The position numbers were made by a program, and so were the translations under genes. The notes under the pieces were generated by a model, which was not told where the DNA came from, did not search any database, and saw only the letters and a program-made list of their open reading frames with translations. A stretch of 64,000 nucleotides of DNA from positions 1 to 64,000 of IMG/VR virus record IMGVR_UViG_3300009151_000041. One strand, given 5' to 3'. This document shows positions 17,904-28,800 of this stretch, piece by piece. Each line of letters opens with the position of its first letter. The first letter of the stretch is position 1. This DNA comes from a virus.

Positions 17904-18811
17904 AACTCTATTAAGGTGGCACTCAAGTTGATTTCTTGATCAGCCACCAGTGGCACATTGGCTGCACCATTCCTTATGATCACAATGGCTTGGTCTTGTT
18001 TTTCCACAGTGTCTGCCCACAGGTCTAGATTATCATACATCCAACGGAAGATTTCATTTGATTCTTCCGCATCTGCACTTTGACACAGCACAGTTCTAGC
18101 TTCGCGCACACGCCCTGCTTTGAACAGATCCACACAGTCCAGTTTCCAGTCTTTCGCACTCTTATCTGCGGCATTGGGCGGCACCAGTCGGCCACTTTGG
18201 CTATTGGGCTGTACCAAGTTCAAACACTTGCGCAGGTCAGGATATGTGGCTTTGACATAGGTATCTAGTGTGTCCAAATCAAACTCCACACCTTCTGACA
18301 CAAGCACAGTGGCCACTCGGGCAGTGAACTCTGTGTGATCAGTTTTGGTGATGTGGAAACCTTGACAACGACTGTGTAAGGGTGCAATGATTCTACTGGG
18401 ATAATTGCAGGTGAGAATGAATCGCACACTCTGTGAATAGTCTTCCATCAAGTTGCGAAGTGCAGGCTGTACAGATGTGGGATTCATATAGTCAGCTTCA
18501 TCAATCAACACCACTTTAAACTTGCCAAATGGCATGGTCTGACAGAATGAAATTAACTTGTCTACCCATTCAATCTTACGAGCTTCCTTAGAGCCGTTAG
18601 CATACATCACATCAAAACTATCTAAGCCCAGTTCATTGATTAACAGTTTGGCCAAAGTGGTCTTGCCTGTGCCTGCCGGACCGCTCAACATTAGATGTGG
18701 AATTGATCCATCACAAATCCATGATTGCACCTGTTCTCTTTGTGATTCATCCACAAATACATAACCGTCCACTGTGTTGGGACGATACTTTTCTACCCAT
18801 AGTTCTTTCAT
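17888..18811 (-). CDS. Sliding-clamp loader ATPase subunit (RFC / T4 gp44-like)
   Basis: LWVEKYRP, GPAGTGKTT, DEAD and SRC motifs. Confidence 0.95.
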   Translation of the reverse strand: MKELWVEKYRPNTVDGYVFVDESQREQVQSWICDGSIPHLMLSGPAGTGKTTLAKLLINELGLDSFDVMYANGSKEARKIEWVDKLISFCQTMPFGKFKVVLIDEADYMNPTSVQPALRNLMEDYSQSVRFILTCNYPSRIIAPLHSRCQGFHITKTDHTEFTARVATVLVSEGVEFDLDTLDTYVKATYPDLRKCLNLVQPNSQSGRLVPPNAADKSAKDWKLDCVDLFKAGRVREARTVLCQSADAEESNEIFRWMYDNLDLWADTVEKQDQAIVIIRNGAANVPLVADQEINLSATLIELCQLN

Positions 18812-19014
18812 AAGCTGTTTACAGTTTGTTTGAATAGGTTAAAAGTTTCCGGGTCCATGCACATTTCAAACTTTACTTGTTCATAGTCCGGGTTGCGGCT
18901 GAAGTCGTATGTGCTGGCAATCTGCACTTGCGTCCAGTCTTTGGGCACTGACAATGACGTTACAGTGAGATAGGTTCTCACACCAGCTGATTCATTTATT
19001 AGATGTTTTTGCAC
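18808..19014 (-). CDS. Hypothetical protein
   Basis: Coupled small ORF. Confidence 0.55.
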   Translation of the reverse strand: MQKHLINESAGVRTYLTVTSLSVPKDWTQVQIASTYDFSRNPDYEQVKFEMCMDPETFNLFKQTVNSL

Positions 19015-19249
19015 TTAAAGTTCTCCAAACTTGTTTTTGATCACGTTCCAGTTGTTGCTGATCCAACCACTCCTGTTCAGGAGCATAGGTTGGGCATTTG
19101 TTTAGCATGTCTTCCAATGCAAATTGTACACGATATAAGTCTTGTTTGCAACGCCAAGTGGTAAAACCGTCCATTTTGGGATCTGTTGTGGCATGATAAC
19201 ATTTCTCGAGTTCAGAAACGATATCATTAACATTCCAATCAATTATCAC
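18992..19249 (-). CDS. Hypothetical protein
   Basis: Coupled small ORF. Confidence 0.6.
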   Translation of the reverse strand: MIIDWNVNDIVSELEKCYHATTDPKMDGFTTWRCKQDLYRVQFALEDMLNKCPTYAPEQEWLDQQQLERDQKQVWRTLSAKTSNK

Positions 19250-19644
19250 GTGTGTTGCATGTGTGTGGGTTTGGCTTCCACATGAATGGCACCAGAGAAT
19301 GTTTCGTCTTGTGGCTGTTCGTCACTCACGATCAACAGATCATCTGGGTCAACTCTGCGCAAAGTCTTTTTGCCAGTTTCATCTTCTACATCAATGCCCC
19401 GAGTCCAGCGACCATGCGCCACGCACACCCATTGCCCTACCGTGACATCATGTTGTTCTGGTCCAACAGCATAAACCTGCCCCCAACGCGGGCGAATACC
19501 TGTGCTTTTGCCATTGTCGTTGAGCAACACAATACCACCAGTGGTAAAGCGTTCATCAAACGTCATGTCAGTCACAATGACTGAATCATTTAAGGGTTTG
19601 ATTTGATGTCGGTCAAATCGGTGTGCGCTGAACGCTGGTTTCAT
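19246..19644 (-). CDS. groES: GroES-like co-chaperonin
   Basis: IKPLNDSVIV, TTGGIVL, G.V.AVGP, V.VG motifs. Confidence 0.85.
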   Translation of the reverse strand: MKPAFSAHRFDRHQIKPLNDSVIVTDMTFDERFTTGGIVLLNDNGKSTGIRPRWGQVYAVGPEQHDVTVGQWVCVAHGRWTRGIDVEDETGKKTLRRVDPDDLLIVSDEQPQDETFSGAIHVEAKPTHMQHT

Positions 19645-19862
19645 CCTTCTTTTCCTTTTCTTACTTGAACCTGTTGGCTGTATTGCTTGTGAAGCTGTTG
19701 AGGCTTTGCATGAGTAACCAAGCCAGCATCATTGATAACGTCTCCGCGGGCGTTGACCTTCATGTTGCCTACAGCTCGCACCTGTTCGTTTTTCAGTGCC
19801 AAACTACGCATGTCCAATGTTTTACCATTGGCTGTTCTGTGTACATTTCCTGCCATGATCAT
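19641..19862 (-). CDS. Conserved hypothetical protein
   Basis: TANGK.LDM..L, AVGNM.VNARGD; GGAG RBS and TAAATA at 19876-19881. Confidence 0.65.
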   Translation of the reverse strand: MIMAGNVHRTANGKTLDMRSLALKNEQVRAVGNMKVNARGDVINDAGLVTHAKPQQLHKQYSQQVQVRKGKEG

Positions 19863-19878
19863 CTCCTTAAAACAATAT

Positions 19879-20397
19879 TTAACGTAAAAATTCCGCGGGA
19901 TCTAATTCGTAATACATGCTGTTGATTTGATGCACCCCCAGCTTATACAACACAAAACTGGCTGTGCTGGATCCACGGCCCACGCCCCAAATCAAATTGT
20001 TTTGACTCATCACATCCACAAGGTATTTGAGATATCTCAGCAGATTAAACAAGTCACGTTCTTGAAATAGCAGTAGTTCTTCTCCACAGCGTTGCAGTTC
20101 GGCGTCTGTGGCGCATAGACTCAACACATGTTCTGCTATGTCTAAGTTTTGATAATCCTCGCCCATGTACCAACGACTTTGACACTGATGATCGTATTCC
20201 TCTGTGGGCATGGCTTCCATTAGATCATTGTATGCAATCAGTTTAGGCACATTGTCCAACATGAGTGCGGCTGTTTCTAAATCTACCGATGCATCCACAA
20301 TCATGCCATCAAACCCAGAGGGATCAAATCCACGCATGATCAAATCAACCAGATCAGTTTCGTTGAATATCAGTTCACCGTGTTGATTCTGCTTCAT
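19879..20397 (-). CDS. DNA polymerase III alpha (DnaE) stand-alone fragment
   Basis: R..EEL, GVGRGSS.AS.V.Y.LG motif; ends at EFLR, before the catalytic PDID. Confidence 0.85.
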   Translation of the reverse strand: MKQNQHGELIFNETDLVDLIMRGFDPSGFDGMIVDASVDLETAALMLDNVPKLIAYNDLMEAMPTEEYDHQCQSRWYMGEDYQNLDIAEHVLSLCATDAELQRCGEELLLFQERDLFNLLRYLKYLVDVMSQNNLIWGVGRGSSTASFVLYKLGVHQINSMYYELDPAEFLR

Positions 20398-20624
20398 TGT
20401 ATTTTGATTTTGTCGCCAAAGTCAACGTCAGATTTCTTGTATGATTCTTGTAGTTTTTCTTGATACTTGACATTATAACTTTCAACAGCCATGCGTATTT
20501 GATTGCAAAGATGACCATTGCCAGTTCGCATGGCCATGCTGAGTTTGCTATTGAGATCGGCAACCTTGGCACTCAACTCGTCAAGAGTCAAATTGTCCAA
20601 GCTGCCGATTAGTGGGTGTTCCAT
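20394..20624 (-). CDS. Hypothetical protein
   Basis: ATGA-coupled to the DnaE fragment. Confidence 0.65.
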   Translation of the reverse strand: MEHPLIGSLDNLTLDELSAKVADLNSKLSMAMRTGNGHLCNQIRMAVESYNVKYQEKLQESYKKSDVDFGDKIKIQ

Positions 20625-20667
20625 AATGCATTGTAACTTAATTGCAATGCTGTGTCAATGCTTTTGG

Positions 20668-21582
20668 TCAAGCAAATGCCGCACCATTGTTGCCAATGCA
20701 GAACCATTTGGAGCTTGCCCCGATGTTGATGTACATCAACGTACAACTGGCTCCACGGGTAGAAAAAGTAATGGACCCTGTACCAGATGATTTCCAGCCA
20801 GCATTACTCACCGTGACTACCATGTTGCCCGACGTAATGTCCACAGCAGAAAACACTTTGATTTGTCCTTCGGAGCCTGGTAATAGCGTGGCAGTTTCTG
20901 CAGCCGATGTGCTAAAGTAGCTGGTGGTATTGGTCAGGCTGGCTGCTGTTGATCCAGCAAGATCTTCACCTACTGTGAGGAAAAGTGGGTTGACCAACAC
21001 ATTATTGGCACGAGTCACATCATTGATAGTAATGGTTGAACCGTTATCTTCAGATGAAAAATCAAACACAAATGTACCAGTTGTGTTGAATGTGATCACC
21101 TGACCTGAAAGGCCTTGTATACCAGTTGTACCCAATGAGACTGCGGTGGGCAATGTAACTGTGAAAGCAGTGTTGCTTACCACAATGGCCACACGCAAAA
21201 TGCCAAAGAATCCGCTGTCTGGAAAGTTGATAAAAGAAAGATTAATTGAGCCTGCGCTGGGTGTAACTGTTTGATACTGTCCCTCTGCATAGTTGAGAAC
21301 TACTGGACCCGAAGGAGCAGTAGCATTAATTCTTGTGGTACTAACATCATTTAAATTAACAGCATAAATGGTATTGTTATTCATGTTGTTGTCTGGCGTG
21401 GCAGTGCCAAGCAGAGCTGCTTTCACAACAGCTTTAGATTGTAAGTCATTAATTTCTGTTTTAGCATACTGGAAATTTAACTTTATGTTGGTAAAGTTGT
21501 CACGGAAACCTTGACTGTTGTTGTCTTGTCCGGCTACTGGATATGATCCGTCAATTGCTGCTGGGTTAATATTACTTGCCAT
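20668..21582 (-). CDS. Virion structural protein (baseplate/tail associated)
   Basis: YPVAGQDN.SQGFRDNF..IK N-terminus, beta-rich body, structural context. Confidence 0.65.
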   Translation of the reverse strand: MASNINPAAIDGSYPVAGQDNNSQGFRDNFTNIKLNFQYAKTEINDLQSKAVVKAALLGTATPDNNMNNNTIYAVNLNDVSTTRINATAPSGPVVLNYAEGQYQTVTPSAGSINLSFINFPDSGFFGILRVAIVVSNTAFTVTLPTAVSLGTTGIQGLSGQVITFNTTGTFVFDFSSEDNGSTITINDVTRANNVLVNPLFLTVGEDLAGSTAASLTNTTSYFSTSAAETATLLPGSEGQIKVFSAVDITSGNMVVTVSNAGWKSSGTGSITFSTRGASCTLMYINIGASSKWFCIGNNGAAFA

Positions 21583-21594
21583 TTTTTGTCCTTG

Positions 21595-24500
21595 TTAGAC
21601 CAAGATATTGCTCTTGGGAAATACTAGATATTTATCATAGGTATCTGTTGGATTGTACATATCCACAGGTGCTATGAACTGCAAACTGTTTTCGTCAAAT
21701 GTAGTTTCATCTGTAACAATTGTAAGCAGGAACAACCAACTGATTTCTGTAAGTCCATCGCCTGGGACTGTGGGATAGTACAAGAATGCAGTTCTGTAGA
21801 ACTCGCCCTGTAAGACCTGCACAAAATTATTTACTCTGGTTTGAGTGGTTAATGTTAACTGCAAACACTGTGACAGCGGGTCAACATGAATGGTATAAAT
21901 TGCCATGCGTTGATCAGCTGTTTTTGCAGTCATTGATCCACTTGAAGTGGTAAGCGTGACTGGAGTAGTGCTGCCTGCGGTGGCTGTGATTCTAAATTGT
22001 GTGTTATCATAAATGTCAAGCACATAATATATGACAGTCAAGCTCAGTCCGCCAATTAGATTGGCAGTAAACTTAATCTGTTGTCCAGCTACCATGTGTG
22101 CGGTACTTGATGTGGTTATTCTGTTGGTAACTGCGCTGGTAGCAGTGCAAATTAACAACTCACCGTTTGGAATTATGGTAGAAGAATCTAAAGGCGCAGC
22201 AGCAAAATAAGTTTCTGGAATGCCCGAAACACCGCCGGACGGCGCATCCCATGTTTGCCATGCATCATTTGGAGTGGCATAATTGCTGCCAGGTGGGCCA
22301 ATATAGTTTTCCTGTTGGGCAAAAATTATGGTTTTGCCTTCTACGTTATTGATAATTCCATCAAGGCCGCCCAATTCATTGATATAGGTCAACGATCGAT
22401 TGTTAACATCTGCCCAAGCCAAACTGGTACAAATGTTTACAGTTCCAATGAACACCTTGCTCCCAGTAAAAAATCGATCAAACGTGGTCATTGTAGGAGG
22501 GCGCGGCATCCAATGTTGACCATCAGTGTCCCAATTTTTACTCAGTACTCTATCTAGAATATAACGATCTACTTTGAAGTCAACTGAGTTGAGTTGCTGG
22601 TCAAAGTAAGTTTGTATAAAATATGCAATTTCTTTGGCTCGACCTGGATTCACATAAGCAATTACCCAGGCTGGAGTAAATCCCAGCACACGTCCATTGG
22701 GTTGCTTGCTGGTCATCCAAAGTGGCAAAGTGTTTGAGATTTGTCCCACAACATCAATCACTTGATTTCGCATGTTGATCAAGCTGTTGGGATACACTGA
22801 AGTGATTATGGTGCTGCCGTCTGCAGGGTCAACAATAGCATAAGGCAATGTAACAATCTTGTTTACGCTTTTGCCTGCATCATTTACAAGATTGTCAATA
22901 ATTTTACTATAAACAACTTCATACACAACTTCGCCTGTCACAGGATCAATGGCTTGCGCTGTATTAATTTCGCCCAAGATAAGATTTTTCCAATAGTGAT
23001 TTTCGTACAAGCTGGCCACATAACGTTCTAGTGTGTCAGGTGCTAGTCCAAACGCATGAGCATAAGTTACTTGCACGCTCTTACCAAAGTTGGGATCATC
23101 GGCACGGTACAGATATGATGGAGGGAAAATTTCTTCGTTATCTAACAAGCTGCGAATTAGCGCACGGTCATTGGGCGGCGGCATGGCTCGCACATAAAGA
23201 TTTTGATAAGGTCTATCGTATTCGCGAATTAATTTTATGTTGAAAGTTTTAAAAACACTGATTGCATCACGGCTACCGGTTGCTGCCATCACAGCAGTAA
23301 GGTTGGCTCCCGACCCACCAAATCCTTGTGTGACAGTAACTGTGGGCACAGATGTGTATCCATTTCCGGGTACAGCGGTGCCTGCAGGGGGTGGTAACAT
23401 AGATATATTGGTAATAGCACCGCCTGTTATTGTGACAGGACCTGCTATCGCGGGCACTGCACTTGCGCCAACAGGCGCGCCAATAGCAATAGTAGGCTTG
23501 TTAATGTTGCTATAGCCTGTACCGCCATTATTAATTTGTATACTCTCTACTTCATAGATGGTTTGATTGGTATCTTCGGCATAGGCATTAACAGTAAACA
23601 CAAAAGTTTGATCAAATGTTGTGCCCAAGCTGGCTAGATTTCTGTTGATGGCAAAACTTTGGTCAAACGTAGTAAGACCAAGATCCAGGGCAAATGTATC
23701 AAAGCTCACACGACCCACAATGTCACCTGATGGCAAGAGTTCCAGAGCTTGAGGCAATGAATTGTATGCGCCGCTCTTGAGACGATATCGCATGGTACGG
23801 CCGCCACGATTGGTTGCCTGTACTCGGAACATGCTGATTGCACCGTTTACAATACTGCCTAAATCTGCTGGGCTGTCCCACACAACTTCAGCGTCAACTG
23901 CACCAGTAATGGCCAAAGAGAATGGATACGCTTCACTGGCCAAAATCATATTGGCAATCATGGAACCAGCAGCAGTGGTCAGTGTGACTGGTGTGTTGAC
24001 CTCTGTAGACGAAAAAGGACGAGTGCTTACTTTGAATTGAAAAGGATTTGGTATTTCAATAACATAATAAATTGTTTGGGAAGACGCAGTTATTCCACCA
24101 AATGCTGTGCCAGTAAATATCAACGCTTGTCCAACACCCAAATTTGCAGTACTTGAACAAGTGATACGTTTGGTAGCAGTATCAGTTTCGGTACATTCAA
24201 TCACAAGCGTGGTTTCTACAGCACCAGTGGCATTGGTCAATGTGGGAATTGAACTGTCAGCCAAATGCACGGTGAACACAGTGTTATAGGAAGTTATTTG
24301 GTCATTGGTAATATTCCACACTGCGGTTTGACTCACAATGTTATCAATATAATATAGCGTTCCGGCAGTTAGCCCACCAAAATTACTTGCCAGTCTAATG
24401 GGCAAATTTTGTTCAAGAGTATTTGTTATGTAGTTGGCTGTGACATAACCGGTTGCTGCCACGGTTTGTGTGATGGTCATGGCAGGAGTGATATACTCAT

Positions 24501-25524
24501 TTTGATAAACCACAACGTTAAAACTATATTCAGTTTCGGTGGTTCCTTGATCAGGAATATAACCATAGTACCATCCTGACGTGGGATCTAATGTCAATCC
24601 TGGTGCAAACCCAGCGCCCTCATTTACTGATATAGCATAGGTAATAGGTTGGCTTATGTAGTTTTCACCCACAAACTGATAGGCAAAATAGTTGCTGCTT
24701 CTAAATGTTCCAAGATTGCTTGGAACTGCATTGGTTATAAATGGCGCTTGATATGGAGTTTCATCCGCGGTGATGTATGTGCCACCGTTAATGTCCACAT
24801 CTGAATTGACCAATAGCACCGCATCACTGGCTTGCATTTGACTGCGACTATACACAAAAATTTCAAATGTTCTCAAACTGGAAGCATGACCGTTGCTGAC
24901 TTGCAGTGTAAATTGAAAGTTTCTGCTGATACTTTGACTGACAAAATCATAAGGTTTAACGTCTTGAGCACTGATATCATATCCGGCCACAGCATCTGCA
25001 TTTGGTGTGGGCTGAACATATCCTGTAAGACGCCCATCTAAACTCAAACGCAGGCCGCCAGGCAACACGCCTGCAGCCACAGTGACCACTGTGGTATCAG
25101 GAGTGTAAACTTCTTGAAATAAAAATTGATAATCTACAGGATCACTGTCATAATACACTGCAACCAGACCCGCAGGAGTAATCCACACTGGTTCAGGAAT
25201 TACTGCCACTGTGATAGTGAATGTTCTATCGCGAATGTTAGTGGGATCATTTGCAGGATACACTCTCACCGTGAATTTACTGATGGTGTCTCGGCCTACT
25301 TCGGTTGGTACACCTTGTAGGTTGGTCATGCGGTCTGGTGTTCCAGAAATTGCACCATTGGCTGCGCATTGTATGCCATCTGGCAATCTACCAGCTATGA
25401 TGACATAACGAAGTTCAGCACTGGGCTCTCCAGGCAATTCACTTTGCAAGGTGAGCTGGAAGAACACACCAACTGGTATTACACCAAGGTTGCCAGCAGG
25501 GGTGATCCATACAGGTTGTGCCAT
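21595..25524 (-). CDS. Large baseplate-type structural protein with Ig-like repeats
   Basis: Repeated P.WITPAG.L and G.LP.G..L...G.I.G Ig-like motifs; start placed at MAQPVW. Confidence 0.7.
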   Translation of the reverse strand: MAQPVWITPAGNLGVIPVGVFFQLTLQSELPGEPSAELRYVIIAGRLPDGIQCAANGAISGTPDRMTNLQGVPTEVGRDTISKFTVRVYPANDPTNIRDRTFTITVAVIPEPVWITPAGLVAVYYDSDPVDYQFLFQEVYTPDTTVVTVAAGVLPGGLRLSLDGRLTGYVQPTPNADAVAGYDISAQDVKPYDFVSQSISRNFQFTLQVSNGHASSLRTFEIFVYSRSQMQASDAVLLVNSDVDINGGTYITADETPYQAPFITNAVPSNLGTFRSSNYFAYQFVGENYISQPITYAISVNEGAGFAPGLTLDPTSGWYYGYIPDQGTTETEYSFNVVVYQNEYITPAMTITQTVAATGYVTANYITNTLEQNLPIRLASNFGGLTAGTLYYIDNIVSQTAVWNITNDQITSYNTVFTVHLADSSIPTLTNATGAVETTLVIECTETDTATKRITCSSTANLGVGQALIFTGTAFGGITASSQTIYYVIEIPNPFQFKVSTRPFSSTEVNTPVTLTTAAGSMIANMILASEAYPFSLAITGAVDAEVVWDSPADLGSIVNGAISMFRVQATNRGGRTMRYRLKSGAYNSLPQALELLPSGDIVGRVSFDTFALDLGLTTFDQSFAINRNLASLGTTFDQTFVFTVNAYAEDTNQTIYEVESIQINNGGTGYSNINKPTIAIGAPVGASAVPAIAGPVTITGGAITNISMLPPPAGTAVPGNGYTSVPTVTVTQGFGGSGANLTAVMAATGSRDAISVFKTFNIKLIREYDRPYQNLYVRAMPPPNDRALIRSLLDNEEIFPPSYLYRADDPNFGKSVQVTYAHAFGLAPDTLERYVASLYENHYWKNLILGEINTAQAIDPVTGEVVYEVVYSKIIDNLVNDAGKSVNKIVTLPYAIVDPADGSTIITSVYPNSLINMRNQVIDVVGQISNTLPLWMTSKQPNGRVLGFTPAWVIAYVNPGRAKEIAYFIQTYFDQQLNSVDFKVDRYILDRVLSKNWDTDGQHWMPRPPTMTTFDRFFTGSKVFIGTVNICTSLAWADVNNRSLTYINELGGLDGIINNVEGKTIIFAQQENYIGPPGSNYATPNDAWQTWDAPSGGVSGIPETYFAAAPLDSSTIIPNGELLICTATSAVTNRITTSSTAHMVAGQQIKFTANLIGGLSLTVIYYVLDIYDNTQFRITATAGSTTPVTLTTSSGSMTAKTADQRMAIYTIHVDPLSQCLQLTLTTQTRVNNFVQVLQGEFYRTAFLYYPTVPGDGLTEISWLFLLTIVTDETTFDENSLQFIAPVDMYNPTDTYDKYLVFPKSNILV

Positions 25525-25526
25525 GT

Positions 25527-25817
25527 TTATGATTTGGGATATTTTGCTTTGACAGCTTGACACGCTGCAATGTATGCAGCCATGGCTGCTGGGTCACCTT
25601 TGACCACAGCATCAAGATAATCAGTGATAGGAGGATATTCTGCGCGGCGTTTGTCAGCGTAGTTCAGTGTGTTGAATTGTGATTGAGTGCGAGTACTTCT
25701 TATGTGATCAGCTTCCGCATCAGTAACAGCAACGTAATCTTTGGGAATGATATGATCTTGGCTGCCGTCCGCTTCGTAGGCATAAATTTCGTTGTTTGGA
25801 CTTTTATAATGTTTCAT
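25527..25817 (-). CDS. Tail-fibre assembly-like protein
   Basis: RRAEYPP..DYLDA...C.AVKAKYPK; follows the fibre gene. Confidence 0.6.
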   Translation of the reverse strand: MKHYKSPNNEIYAYEADGSQDHIIPKDYVAVTDAEADHIRSTRTQSQFNTLNYADKRRAEYPPITDYLDAVVKGDPAAMAAYIAACQAVKAKYPKS

Positions 25818-25826
25818 TTGTGTTCC

Positions 25827-28800
25827 TTATCGCAATTCATACCATTGGTAACTAAGTGGAGGATTGCCACCGCCTGCGGAGTACAGCTTATACTGCCAAC
25901 CAGCAGGAATAATTGCAGAGAGTGTGGCATAAAAACTAGGATATTGCGAGTACCATTGCGCAACCACTGTGGCATTTACATATTGACTGGCTTGAGTATA
26001 GAGATACATGTATTGACCGCCGCCTGGATATCCCACTATAGATACCTGTATTGGACGATTGCCATTGGTATAGTAAGTATCAAGATTTCGGTAGTCAGTC
26101 CAATTTTGCCAAGTTTGACCGTAACCAATACCTAAACTGCTAGTACCGACTGAGAGTGACCAAGATGCATAACTATCAATCGGATATCTATTGCTAGTTA
26201 CTATGCCGGTTGCCCCTGATGGAATAGTTCCAATATTGTAGACAATACCATAATCAATAGTTATGGGCCCTGAACAGTTGTTGATAATATAGTGTTCGTT
26301 AACTAAGTTGCTGGTGCCGCCGGTTACAGAATACATCATCACGCTGCCACCAGACCCTGTAAAAACAAGAACTCGTGTATTACCATCTGGAGTGTAAGTC
26401 CCTCCGTTAAGTGTAGTACTGATAAAATTATAGTTGGTTTTGGAAATACCAGCTGCTACCAGTCGACCAGTACTGGTAATGTTGACATTACCAGTTGTGC
26501 TGAGACTAGTTAAAACCCCAACACCGGTAATATTGCCTTGAGTTGCATTGGTCACTGTGCCAGCTGTGGTTGCTGATCCGGCTGTGGTTGCTGATCCAGC
26601 AATGTCAGCCACTCTGGCAGAGTCAACTCGCACGCCGTAAGTGGCTGCACCGTTCCAGCCCATCAAGGTTGGATATGTTCCTGACCAGGCATAAGTTGCA
26701 TTGGTATTATCAACTGAGTTACCATCCGGACTGGTGCTCTGCGATGCATCAAAAATTGTATGACCATTGCCATAATTTTTCCACATCATTTGGCCGGCAA
26801 CGGCACCATTTGTTGTGCCAAAATAGTTGGTTCGGTTTGATGTGAATGTTCCAGCTGTGGTAGCAGATCCAGCTGTGGTAGCAGATCCAGCTGTGGTAGC
26901 AGATCCAGCTGTGGTAGCTGTGCCAGCTGATGTGGCGTATGTTGCGTTGGCCACAGCACCTGACACATTGCCACCAGGTATGCTTGTTAACCCTGCACCA
27001 GACCCATTGAATTGACTGCCAGTTATTGTACCAGTAACTGAAACAGTACTATTAAAGCCGATTGATAAAGCCCAATCACTAGCACTAGTGACAGTAGCAG
27101 CACTAGCAGTTATTACGCCAGTGGCCCCTGATGGAATACTTCCTATAGCTCCCCCAAGGCCGTATCGAACACTTATAGTCCCTGAACATCTGTTTATAAA
27201 ACAGTATTCTTGAAGCGCGGTGGTAGGTGAACCACCGCCAACGTTGGGCATGTATAATGTGCCGCCAGTTCCTGAAAAAACCACAATTCGTGTTGTTCCA
27301 GAAAAATATTCAGAGCTATCGTTTAATGTCATTGAACTAAAACTATAGTTGGTTCTGTAAATACCTTCTGCCACCAATCTACCAGCACCAGTAATGGTAA
27401 CGTTGCCACCTGTGGACAAATTGCCACCTGTGATTGTGCCAGTCACATTCAAACTTGTTAATGTACCAACACCAGTAATATTACTTTGTGTTCCATTACT
27501 CACTGTGCCAGCTGTGGTTGCCGTGGTTGCTGATCCAGCACTGTCACTGTAAGTTGCATTGGCCACTTTGGATACATTGCCACCAGGTATGCTTGTTAAA
27601 CCTGCACCCGATCCATTAAATTGACTACCAGTTATAGTGCCAGTTGCAGAAAATGCCCCTTGGTCAGTGAATGAAAATCTCTGTGTGGGAGTTCCAGAAA
27701 CATTGGTCATGTATCGCAACGTCCATCCTGTGTTGTCACCAAACTGAATTGTGTTTGTATTTGGCGATACTGCGTTATTAATCAGTAATGAACCGCCCAA
27801 GGTCAAACCAGTTAGTGTACCAAGTGATGTAATATTTCCTTGAGTTGCATTAGTCACTGTGCCAGCTGTGGTTGCCGTGGTTGCTGAACCAGCTGTGGTT
27901 GCTGATCCGGCTGTGGTTGCTGTGCCAGCTGATGTGGCGTATGTTGCGTTGGCCACAGCACCTGATACATTGGTACCTAACACACTATTAGCGGTATTTG
28001 CAGTTGTAGCTGTGGTAGCAGTTGTGGCTGATCCAGCACTTGTTGCATAAGTGGCATTGGCCACTGTGCCTGATACGGCATTACCTGCTACGCTATTGGC
28101 ACTATTGGCTGTGGTAGCAGTTGTGGCTGATCCAGCACTTGTTGCATATGTTGCATTTGCTACTGTGCCTGTGACATTTCCACCAGGTATGCTGGTCAAT
28201 CCTGAGCCAGAACCAATAAATTGACTGCCAGTAACTGTGCCAGTAGCACTGATCAAGCCAACAGTTCTTAAGTTACCAACTTGTGCGTTGCCTGTTACTG
28301 TGGCAATACCGCCTGTCGCAATATTGCCACCAGTTACATTACCACTTGCACTTACTGCTGAACCCAACAAACTTGATCCAGTAACTGTTCCGGCAGCCGA
28401 GACCAATCCATCAGTTAAGATATTGCTGCCAGTTACATTACCACTTGCACTTACAACTGACCCTAGCAAACTTGATCCTGTTACAGTTCCAGCAGCACTA
28501 ACTAGGCCAGCTGTTCTCAAGTTTCCACCTTGTATGTTGCCAGACACTATTGCTAGACCATTTGCTGTGATATTTGCACCAGTTACATCACCTGTTGCGC
28601 TGACCACACCAGTGACAAAAGAACCTGTGCTGGCCACAGTAGAAATAACAGTGTTTGCTATTGCAAATGTGATATTGCCTGGATTGTTGACAGCCGCACC
28701 AACCACAATAAATGTGCCTGGATTGCCTGCCACTGAACAAACATAGAGTTGTTGATTTACAGTGTTAAACCACAAATCGCCCACAATACTAGGCGTGGGT

